Positions 56,332 through 64,000 of a DNA stretch of 64,000 nt are shown one piece after another. How positions within the stretch are numbered: the stretch's first letter is position 1; each line of letters opens with the position of its first letter. The notes below the pieces were generated by a model. It was not told the DNA's origin, searched no databases, and worked only from the letters and a program-made list of their open reading frames with translations. The translations under genes were made by a program, and so were the position numbers. This DNA is from an uncultured virus (IMG/VR IMGVR_UViG_3300016464_000060) (taxonomy: Duplodnaviria; Heunggongvirae; Uroviricota; Caudoviricetes): positions 1-64,000 of IMG/VR virus record IMGVR_UViG_3300016464_000060. The stretch is one strand, 5' to 3'.

Positions 56332-57645
56332 TTATGCGGGTAAATACTTAGCCGCGTTAGTGTTCTTAGCTACTTTGCTTTTGCCTGTGGTTTTGCCACG
56401 GGCTTGCTGAACTCTGTCCATCATCTTGTACAACTGTCTAGCACCGGCATCAGTAGAGCCATTACCGAGTTCAGAAACAATACGGGCAGGTACCACAAAC
56501 TCACCATCAGCAAGACGAGCAGGCTGCTTGTCTCCGATTTGCGCTGGGATTGAGTCTGAAACGCCATCACCGGGCCCCCTTAGTAATCTGCCGCCATCAG
56601 AGTAACCGCCTAAATCAGATAAGCCCCCTGCGGCTAAACGAGTACCTTGCATATTAGGCTCGCCAGACATTTGTCCTACAGTACCGCCACCAGAAGGGGC
56701 GAGGTTTGCCATCATGTTGGTAGATTGCGGTGTTTGGTAGGGCGTACCAAAAGCGGACGTGGTCATGTTTGCCATCGGGTACATAGTGTTTGCACCTACT
56801 GCGGCTTGGTTGGACATTAACTCTACGGGACCACCGCCAGCCAAAGCAATGATTCCGCCGTCTGCGGCTTGGTAAGGAGTCTGCGCAACCATAGTAGGCG
56901 CAAACCATTTGCGCTCACTTGTGTCTTGTCCCGGTATATACGCCGTATTTATTGGGTTATTGGGGTTTTGAAGGTTGTAATCAAACTTATAAGGGCGAAT
57001 CATTTGCGGTTTTTGCGCTGCTGTAGGCATAGCTTTTGGTCTTGCCGCGTCCATAACTCCGGGAAGTGCTGCAGCGCCTAAAACTTTATAGCCGCCTAGT
57101 GCTTGAATTGTGTTAGGGCTATTCCAAATAGCTTGTGCACCGGTCGCCGCCTTTTCATACCAAGGAATGTTGTTTAGCGCTTCTTGTCGAACGGCTTCTG
57201 CCCCCGCTTCTCCTCCCACTGCGCCAGATATTCCAGTTGTATCTGTAGCCGCCGCACCTGCATCCATCACATTACCCGCCAAACTAGCACCGCCGTAAGC
57301 GCCTACACCACCCATTAAACTTCGTGTGGGGTCTTTTCCGCCGGTAGCAGCATAGTTTGTAGCCGCAACACTTGCGGCAATTTGCCAAGCAGCCAACTCA
57401 GGAAAAGCAATAGCTAGCGCAGCGCCAGTAACAGTTGCTCCAATACCGCTTGTGGCGTTACCCAATTCTTGGCCTAAGTTAAAGGCTTCTGGTAGTCCAG
57501 TGTGTGGGTTAATACTTAATGACTTGCCTTTTGATTGTGCCAACGCTTGAAGTCCTGCGACTTCTTTTGGATTCATGTGGACAAGGGTTGAGTCGCCATG
57601 ACGACCATGCGCGGCTAAGTGTTTTGCAGCAACTTCAAGGCTCAT
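56332..57645 (-). CDS. Internal virion protein
   Basis: GRHGDSTLVHM...INPHTGLPE; GPGDGVSDSIPA...LADGEFV. Confidence 0.7.
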   Translation of the reverse strand: MSLEVAAKHLAAHGRHGDSTLVHMNPKEVAGLQALAQSKGKSLSINPHTGLPEAFNLGQELGNATSGIGATVTGAALAIAFPELAAWQIAASVAATNYAATGGKDPTRSLMGGVGAYGGASLAGNVMDAGAAATDTTGISGAVGGEAGAEAVRQEALNNIPWYEKAATGAQAIWNSPNTIQALGGYKVLGAAALPGVMDAARPKAMPTAAQKPQMIRPYKFDYNLQNPNNPINTAYIPGQDTSERKWFAPTMVAQTPYQAADGGIIALAGGGPVELMSNQAAVGANTMYPMANMTTSAFGTPYQTPQSTNMMANLAPSGGGTVGQMSGEPNMQGTRLAAGGLSDLGGYSDGGRLLRGPGDGVSDSIPAQIGDKQPARLADGEFVVPARIVSELGNGSTDAGARQLYKMMDRVQQARGKTTGKSKVAKNTNAAKYLPA

Positions 57646-57679
57646 ATATGCCTCACAAAAAGGGGGTTAATCGAGTTTA

Positions 57680-58354
57680 TCATGTCAAGGGCGCAGACAC
57701 AAATGTCATTGTGGCTATAACAGAAGCGGTGGTTGGGCGAGTGGGGGTGACTCCCGCCGCGTAGTACTGCATGGTCACAGCGGTGTTGTCCGTAGACCAG
57801 TACAACTGAATGTAGTCATTAGCTGCCATACTTATTAAATAGTTCCAACCCGTGATGATGTGCCCCGGTGTTCCGCCGTGCGAATTGGGGACAGAAATTA
57901 AACCGTTAGACCCCACTACATCTGTAGAAGCACCGCCGTCATTACCTTGTCTTATCCAGACACTTACATCATGTATCTGGGTATCTGTGTTTTGAAACTG
58001 GGAACTAAACTGTAGGTTGTAAATGCCGGGGTACACCACAGTAATTTTTGAACTACTAACAACAGATACATTGTTTGTAGCGGCTGTGTCCGTCGTGTTA
58101 AATGTCATTGCGGTGGCTGTATTAGCCGTAGCAGTTTGTGTGGTGGTATCTTGGAAAGAACCGCATACCGTGCGCAAAAACCTGCCGCCAGTGTTAGTGA
58201 GCAGCGATTGAGTTAAGTTGTCTACCTCATTGAAGTACTGGCGCAAGATGCCAGTTAAAGCATCTACATACGTGCGGTCGTACTCAACCGGAGCAGCAGG
58301 CAGGCGAGGCTGCTGGGAGGGCCGTAACTGGGTGGTGATTTGGGAAATTGTCAT
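57680..58354 (-). CDS. Tail-associated structural protein
   Basis: LPAAPVEYD N-terminus; beta-sandwich C-terminus (GIYNLQFSSQ). Confidence 0.6.
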   Translation of the reverse strand: MTISQITTQLRPSQQPRLPAAPVEYDRTYVDALTGILRQYFNEVDNLTQSLLTNTGGRFLRTVCGSFQDTTTQTATANTATAMTFNTTDTAATNNVSVVSSSKITVVYPGIYNLQFSSQFQNTDTQIHDVSVWIRQGNDGGASTDVVGSNGLISVPNSHGGTPGHIITGWNYLISMAANDYIQLYWSTDNTAVTMQYYAAGVTPTRPTTASVIATMTFVSAPLT

Positions 58355-60507
58355 CTGCGCCCGTCTGGTCTAACATCAATACGTGGCACGCCTAACTGCC
58401 ACTGTGTACCAAGGTCGGTAGAGGAAATCTTGAACGCCATCTGTCTACCACGTATGCGCACATAGACCTGCTGGGTAAATTGCTGGACGTTATATGTAGT
58501 TGTGCTTACGTAAGACTGCGTGCTGTCAACGGCACGGTTATCTGATGACCCGTAGTTAGAGCCGGGAAAGTTACGAGGACGAACCGTGAAGTCAGCGGAG
58601 GGCGCTGCTGCGGTTGAGCCGTCAAATGTGATGTCAGGTATAAGACGCCACACAAAGCCAAAGTTGTGACCGTCACCAATATCAAAGTCCGAAGACTGCA
58701 CATATGCATCAATAGCCAGCGGAGTGCTAGTCTCATTATTGTCAACAGTAGTTTCATGGTATACCACCGCCCCGTTTGTGTAACTTGTAGGAGTGCCAGC
58801 ATCATTATTAGCCGTGTATCCAATAGCTGCCGTAGGCTCAGTACGTAGCGGGCTATCTAACCATGCTGTGCGGGGGCGCACAGTCGAGCCGTTCATAGTG
58901 CCGTAGTACCAAGTGCGCTCTAGGTGGTTATAGATGACGTAGCGGTCAATCAAGGTATTAGGGGAGCCAGCAGTGCCTGTTCCGTTTCCTCCATCAGATG
59001 TGGTGCCGGTAATAGATGGGTAGAACCACCATATCTCGTTGTAGCCTTCGTTAGTGCCAGAGTGAATCTGGAACGCTTCTGTTAAGTTGATGTTGCCATA
59101 GATGTACTGACGCAAAGCACAGGGAAGAGTTTCCACCCGTCCAGAGTACATATAGAACTTATCAGCGCCCATCCAGTACGTGACGTTGTTAACCACAGAT
59201 ATAGCGTTTGGACTGACGATAGAAATGTTGTCCGCAAGAAGTTGAGTTCCCCAAACATACGGTGCCCCTAAGTACTGAAATGCATAAATAGCCGAGTCTG
59301 TTAACACCAAAATTTCTTGACGGGTCTGCATAGCAGACACAATGGTTGAGCCGTGGCTTAGACGAATACCCCCCGCTTGGTTGGTAATAGAAGGAGCCCA
59401 AACAATAGTTGTGCCAGTAGCGGGAGTAAACGCGTTTTGGTCAGACCAGCGAATCTGCATAGGGTCTTGGGCGGTCGTGGCATATACGCCCGTGGGGTCG
59501 TTACAACCAAACGCAAACACAAACCTAGAAGAGTCAGACACCAACACAAAGTTTGCTACAGAGGGGCAACTAGAGTCGGGCGTATAGGTAGTGCCTTTTA
59601 CAACTATGCCTGTACTAGCCTTAACAATTTGCCCACGGTCGTAGACGTTAGGGTTTGAGTTATTTGCCCAGTAGTACATTGCACCACCACGGGGATTAAA
59701 GATTAAATCTTCTCCGTAGTTAGACTGACTCCACAGACGCAACTGCACGCCAATACCCAAACCCGCTGGCGCAGGTGAACCCCAGCCGGTAGATGAATAC
59801 CCTGTAGTAACGCCACCCCAACCACCAACACCCCAGCCTGTGCCGTAGGTGTAAGTTGAATTACCTGTAGTAAGTTGAAAATCGCCGACCGTGGAGGCTC
59901 CGCCATTGCCAGAATCGCTTCCATTCGCTGTAGCAGTGGCAGTTATGGTAAATACGTTGTTACTTGTAACGGTTACAACTTGATACTCTTGATTGAGCAC
60001 AGTTGCCGTGATATTACCGCCAAGGGACGCGGCTCCGCTAAAACAAACAAAATCTCCAGCCTGCGCACCATGCCCTGCGCAAGTTACAGTAATTGTGGCT
60101 GAGCCGTTTGTAGCCGCGAAAGTAACTGCCCCCGCCGCCGTTGTTGAGCGTATAGGCGTGATGTCGTTGTAGCTACCACCACTTGAGTTTTGTAGATAAT
60201 ATTTTAAGTTAGTGCCCACTGACAACAGGTTGTAGCCAGTAAGATTGATCCAGTTCCAAAGTGTTTTGGCAATACCCCAGTACACGCCTGTAGATGGTGT
60301 TGCAGATGTTGACGTACCACTAGATGTAAAAGTGCCCGTTGGGGCAGTGGTGTTAATAGCCCCGCCGTCGCGTTGCCAGCCGCCAATCTTCTCAGGGTAG
60401 CCAGAACGGAAACGAATCTTGTCGCAGTCGTACCATCCACCCTCGTTGGATAGGGTCGTGCCTTCTCTGTTTACACCGGGTCTAAACTGTAGTTTCTGTA
60501 ATGGCAT
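58351..60507 (-). CDS. Tail nozzle/tubular protein (P22 gp10/T7 gp12-like position)
   Basis: 718 aa; RPGVNRE..GGWYDCDKIRF, IRWSDQ, EIWWFYP, RIRGRQ, RPDGRR. Confidence 0.7.
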   Translation of the reverse strand: MPLQKLQFRPGVNREGTTLSNEGGWYDCDKIRFRSGYPEKIGGWQRDGGAINTTAPTGTFTSSGTSTSATPSTGVYWGIAKTLWNWINLTGYNLLSVGTNLKYYLQNSSGGSYNDITPIRSTTAAGAVTFAATNGSATITVTCAGHGAQAGDFVCFSGAASLGGNITATVLNQEYQVVTVTSNNVFTITATATANGSDSGNGGASTVGDFQLTTGNSTYTYGTGWGVGGWGGVTTGYSSTGWGSPAPAGLGIGVQLRLWSQSNYGEDLIFNPRGGAMYYWANNSNPNVYDRGQIVKASTGIVVKGTTYTPDSSCPSVANFVLVSDSSRFVFAFGCNDPTGVYATTAQDPMQIRWSDQNAFTPATGTTIVWAPSITNQAGGIRLSHGSTIVSAMQTRQEILVLTDSAIYAFQYLGAPYVWGTQLLADNISIVSPNAISVVNNVTYWMGADKFYMYSGRVETLPCALRQYIYGNINLTEAFQIHSGTNEGYNEIWWFYPSITGTTSDGGNGTGTAGSPNTLIDRYVIYNHLERTWYYGTMNGSTVRPRTAWLDSPLRTEPTAAIGYTANNDAGTPTSYTNGAVVYHETTVDNNETSTPLAIDAYVQSSDFDIGDGHNFGFVWRLIPDITFDGSTAAAPSADFTVRPRNFPGSNYGSSDNRAVDSTQSYVSTTTYNVQQFTQQVYVRIRGRQMAFKISSTDLGTQWQLGVPRIDVRPDGRR

Positions 60508-60515
60508 TTCTAATC

Positions 60516-61175
60516 CTAGACATTCATAGCAGCAAGCACTTTGTCGTACTTTGCCTTGCGCTCGGCATACCCAATTAGACCACCGTTGATACGTTTAGTC
60601 ATTCCTTCTAGGTCGCCTTTATCGGCATACGATGAAAGATTATTGGCCTTCCAGAACCACCCGGCACTTCTTGCAGCATACATTGGCTCAAGTAGCAGAT
60701 CAGGATTACCGACAAGATCAACGCCAAGACTTTGACCACACCGCGCATAGTTGTCCTTGCCAGTTAATTGCTTTAGACCTCTTCCCCTGAACGCGAAGCC
60801 CTCACCAGACTCAGCGGGGCCATTTCCCATACGAGCCGAGTAGACCAAATTTGCTATCAACTCAGGCTTACCGGCTATGCTGTTAGCCACTGCGGTAGGG
60901 ATGTTCTTTCCCTTCTCATCCTTCTTAGGCTTTTTATCGGGGCCAAGTACGGCAAATCGGTTAGGCCAGCAAGCGGCAAGCGTGGCAGCCTTGTAGTTGA
61001 GGTTTTCAGAAAGCATGGTGTAGCCACCAGACTCATGGCTAGTCTGCGCTAGGAACGCGGCAACGCGCTGTGGTGTGTTAATTTCAAACTCAGCGCAAGT
61101 CTCTATGACGGCGTTAATCCACTTATCAGGGTCTTTTACGCCAGCCGCTACAAGTAGTGGGTTGTTTGGCGTCAT
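60516..61175 (-). CDS. GH19 (chitinase-like) endolysin
   Basis: AAFLAQTSHESG, ENLNY, FRGRGLKQLTG, SAGWFW, TKRINGG. Confidence 0.9.
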   Translation of the reverse strand: MTPNNPLLVAAGVKDPDKWINAVIETCAEFEINTPQRVAAFLAQTSHESGGYTMLSENLNYKAATLAACWPNRFAVLGPDKKPKKDEKGKNIPTAVANSIAGKPELIANLVYSARMGNGPAESGEGFAFRGRGLKQLTGKDNYARCGQSLGVDLVGNPDLLLEPMYAARSAGWFWKANNLSSYADKGDLEGMTKRINGGLIGYAERKAKYDKVLAAMNV

Positions 61176-61654
61176 GTCTGCTGTTCCTTTTGCTTCTGGT
61201 CAACTGCCTCTTGGCTCTTATTACTTGAACCATAGAAGAATCGAATCAAACTGTTGACAGCAGTACCAATCAGGAAACCCAAGATGATGTTGATAAAGTC
61301 TCGGTTGTGGTTATCTATTGGTAGGAATGACACTAAGAAGAAATACAGGAACGAAATAAAAGTTATGAACCAAGCATAACGCTGAGTAAATTTACGAGTG
61401 CTTTCATCGTTCATATACATATCCGTTGCCCGCTGGGTGGACTTCTCGTCCAACTCAGCCATGAATTCAGAGTGCCTGTTTGCTTCCTCTTGTAATTTAG
61501 CGTTGTACTCAGGGGTGGCTTGGCCTTGGGGCTTTAACTCCATGCCCAGTTTCTCCTGCACCGCGTCCACGCCTTTTTCAACGACTTGATCGGCGACCTT
61601 GTGCATCCCGTTTTCAATCAGGTTTGCTACGATTCCTGCAACTATTGGTAACAT
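61172..61654 (-). CDS. Holin-like membrane protein
   Basis: Two TM helices, FFYGSS motif, directly upstream of endolysin. Confidence 0.65.
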   Translation of the reverse strand: MLPIVAGIVANLIENGMHKVADQVVEKGVDAVQEKLGMELKPQGQATPEYNAKLQEEANRHSEFMAELDEKSTQRATDMYMNDESTRKFTQRYAWFITFISFLYFFLVSFLPIDNHNRDFINIILGFLIGTAVNSLIRFFYGSSNKSQEAVDQKQKEQQT

Positions 61655-61818
61655 TATTTTTCCTTTAGTTCCTGTTTTAACCTACGCAACTCTTTGATCT
61701 CTCGCTTGAGTTGTGCTTTCATATATAGGGTTTCTACGTATGCCAGTGTGGTTGTTGCGACTATTACACATAGCGCCACTGCACTCAAAACCCACCCGAT
61801 AAGACGCGCAGTTGCCAC
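61654..61818 (-). CDS. Small single-TM protein (54 aa)
   Basis: Not in track; hand translation from GTG: ATARLIGWVLSAVALCVIV...ELRRLKQELKEK. Confidence 0.45.
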   Translation of the reverse strand: MATARLIGWVLSAVALCVIVATTTLAYVETLYMKAQLKREIKELRRLKQELKEK

Positions 61819-62498
61819 ATCAGCCACCCGAAAAGTAAAGAGATAAATACCACGGCAATCACTCCTGCTGTTACTTCAATACAAAAAATCTCTGCCTGTT
61901 CCTTACGCCATCTTGCCAAGCGCCTCTTTCTCAACATCTCTGACCTAGCCCAAGCCTGTTCCTGTTCGATCTTCTTGTGCATCTTCAAGAACCTGCTATA
62001 CAAATCCTTCAACTCCGCTGGGGCGTAGACCATCGCCTCACGCACCTGTTCAAACAACTTCTCCATCTGTAACTCAATCAACGCACGCTCAATCGCCTTC
62101 TTGCTGGTGTTTTGCGTTGGGTCGTAGTTTGTTTTACTTTGCTCCTCTAGTTCGTGGTAGTAGTCGTTTATCTGCTGTTGTGTGTCGAACAGAAACCCCA
62201 ACTTGTCACCGATGTCCTTGATAAGTTTGAGTTCAAGTTCTTCGTAGGACTGCTTGACTGCGACGGTCTTTGCCGCTTTCGCCACAGGCTTTGGCGCGTC
62301 TGACTTAACAGGCTGTTTGCGAAACAGTCCAACAAACCAATCAAAGATGCCCTTAATGGCCTTAACGTCGCCGATGACGCCTTCAACGGTTTTCTTGGCT
62401 CCCTCAAGTTCAAGTCGGCCTTGGTGCAGAAAGTCGCATCCCTGCTTGATAAAGCCAACAGCGGTTTGTGCCGCCATGAGGAGAGTGAAAGGGTCCAC
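61785..62498 (-). CDS. Coiled-coil protein with C-terminal TM
   Basis: MDPFTLLMAA start; 237 aa. Confidence 0.65.
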   Translation of the reverse strand: MDPFTLLMAAQTAVGFIKQGCDFLHQGRLELEGAKKTVEGVIGDVKAIKGIFDWFVGLFRKQPVKSDAPKPVAKAAKTVAVKQSYEELELKLIKDIGDKLGFLFDTQQQINDYYHELEEQSKTNYDPTQNTSKKAIERALIELQMEKLFEQVREAMVYAPAELKDLYSRFLKMHKKIEQEQAWARSEMLRKRRLARWRKEQAEIFCIEVTAGVIAVVFISLLFGWLMWQLRVLSGGF

Positions 62499-62501
62499 AT
62501 C

Positions 62502-63485
62502 TTAGGCAGTTCTGTTCCACATATATACAGCGATATATGGCGAGATGGTTGTTACGGCTGTACCAGAACCTGTGCCGTCCGTTGTACCTGACACGCTGTG
62601 GGTGTGAGAGATATCCGCGTAGTTTGTGTATGTAGCGGGGCCATTACCAGCGTTGTAGTTCTGTACAAACTCCCTGTTACCCGCATCGCCGCCATATTCG
62701 GCAGTAGAGTCGTTTGAACCGACATAATGCTGGTGAGTTGAATTTGCACTCATGCCGCCAGTTGTCGCACTGAATGTGTGGGTGTGACTTGGCAGGTTAG
62801 TTGTAGACAGCGTTGTCGTTGCCGAACCGCCAGTTGATCCTGCGGTGTATGTACCGTCTGCACTTATTGGCATCCGGCCTTGTCCATACGCTACCCATGT
62901 ACCAAACCCAAGGAGCGTTCCCGGATTTGTACTTACCGTGCTCATATAGATAGAGCCAATTGGATACGCCGCGACAAGCGCTGAAGTCACGAATGCCGTT
63001 GTTGCAATCTGGGTTGTGTTCGTACCCGCCGCCGCAGTGGGGGCCAGAGGAGTGCCAGTCAAAGTTGGGTTGGCTAAGGTGGGAGACACCATATAGTTAG
63101 TAGCCACTACCACATCCGTGCCGTTGGACACTAGGACAATCTTTGCTGCCGCAGGGACTGACACGCCTGTTTGCCCGCTTACTTTGACGGTGATGGCGCT
63201 AGAAGTATTGTTGTAGATGAAGTAGAGTTTCTTGTTGGAAGGCACAACCAGTGTGCCACCACCTGTCCCTGTTAGTTCAAGGAACATATTTCTAGCCGTG
63301 GCTGATGCGCCGTTAGTCATCGCAAGGGTGTCAGTGCCCCCCGAACAAGCGTAGGTTGTGTAGCCAGAGATAGCCTGCTCGATCAGCGTGCCGAGGTTTG
63401 TGTTGGTAGTTGACCCCCAGTTACCGGCCTGATCTCCCGTGCCAATCAACTCGATGGCTAGGTTGGTTGAATATGTACTTGACAT
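62502..63485 (-). CDS. Tail fibre/baseplate-type protein
   Basis: WGSTTNTNL, PTAAAGTNTTQIATTAFV, YPIGSIY, NLPSHTH, PYIAVYMWNRTA. Confidence 0.8.
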   Translation of the reverse strand: MSSTYSTNLAIELIGTGDQAGNWGSTTNTNLGTLIEQAISGYTTYACSGGTDTLAMTNGASATARNMFLELTGTGGGTLVVPSNKKLYFIYNNTSSAITVKVSGQTGVSVPAAAKIVLVSNGTDVVVATNYMVSPTLANPTLTGTPLAPTAAAGTNTTQIATTAFVTSALVAAYPIGSIYMSTVSTNPGTLLGFGTWVAYGQGRMPISADGTYTAGSTGGSATTTLSTTNLPSHTHTFSATTGGMSANSTHQHYVGSNDSTAEYGGDAGNREFVQNYNAGNGPATYTNYADISHTHSVSGTTDGTGSGTAVTTISPYIAVYMWNRTA

Positions 63486-63506
63486 AGTGGTTTTCCTTTA
63501 GATGGA

Positions 63507-63680
63507 TTATGCCGTGGGTTCGTCTGCAGGCAAAGGCGTATTTCCCGCCTCAAGCCATGCTAAATATTGCTGGTAATCGGTGTTAGCGGGGTCGAATGGG
63601 ACAATAGCACCATCTGATAATCTACGAATATGAAATGTGGATACTTTTTTTTCTGTATCTGAATAAACTTGTTGGTACAT
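63507..63680 (-). CDS. Small tail-fibre-associated protein (57 aa)
   Basis: Not in track; MYQQVY...IVPFDPANTDYQQYLAWLEAGNTPLPAD. Confidence 0.7.
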   Translation of the reverse strand: MYQQVYSDTEKKVSTFHIRRLSDGAIVPFDPANTDYQQYLAWLEAGNTPLPADEPTA

Positions 63681-63682
63681 TT

Positions 63683-64000
63683 TTATAACTCCGCAGAAAT
63701 GTCTACATAAGCAGATGAATTATTATTTCCAAGCCAAACAGCCGCACCACCAGACGCAACAGATGTAGTCACATTTAATTCAAGACCAGCACTATCAGTT
63801 CCATAATAGATAGTTCCTAATGAAGTTACAGCATATTGTGATGGCACGTTTACTGCTGTATTAGATTGGCTTATTGTAGGAGTTGCTCTTACAGTATTTG
63901 CGTATTTTATGTAAACAAGAACACTAGTACCGCCTGCTCCTCTGCCAGAACCAAAACCAACATAACCACCTGATAAAGAACCTAGTCTTTGATAATACCT
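63683..64000 (-). CDS. C-terminal part of a tail fibre/receptor-binding protein (5' end outside window)
   Basis: Open frame RYYQRL...RATPT...VDISAEL*. Confidence 0.7.
   Translation of the reverse strand, partial: RYYQRLGSLSGGYVGFGSGRGAGGTSVLVYIKYANTVRATPTISQSNTAVNVPSQYAVTSLGTIYYGTDSAGLELNVTTSVASGGAAVWLGNNNSSAYVDISAEL

Noticed and set aside
58933..58947. Gapped self-match of array unit 6 (GA CG TA GT AT) to GAC CGC TAC GTC ATC in the tail gene
   Set aside because: Only 10 specified bases, flanking pairs mismatch, and the gap model is assumed; such a match is plausible by chance over both strands and many windows.
1..64000. tRNA genes, integrase, alternative genetic code
   Set aside because: None recognised by eye; core genes read through with standard stops. 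tRNAscan-SE would be needed to exclude tRNAs formally.

Overview
This window is most of a circularly permuted tailed-phage genome (podovirus-like Caudoviricetes); both ends fall inside tail-fibre genes. A minus-strand late arm (1-17982 and 43542-64000) carries terminase, portal, a GroES-like chaperone, scaffold, major capsid protein, small basic proteins, tail genes, internal/ejection proteins including a 3315-aa polyvalent protein, and a GH19 endolysin. A plus-strand early/replication arm (18444-43594) carries many small genes, an amidoligase-glutamine amidotransferase pair, family-A DNA polymerase, nucleases, SNF2 helicase, SSB and a primase-helicase. The most striking locus is 31273-32822. 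A stand-alone RAMP/Cas7-like gene is followed directly by a ~400-bp non-coding array of 72 pentamers (near-constant GGY plus variable NN), arranged in 7 units and bracketed by a 12-bp direct repeat, and then by an unknown 154-aa gene. This looks like a phage RNA-guided system that is not a CRISPR. Other notable non-coding signals: a ~100-nt sRNA candidate (18039-18141) complementary to a start-associated motif used by many early genes and by the RAMP gene, two families of 16-bp palindromes, an origin-like AT-rich core between 82-bp inverted arms, and a structured RNA candidate after the SSB gene. All product calls come from motif recognition by eye; no searches were run.
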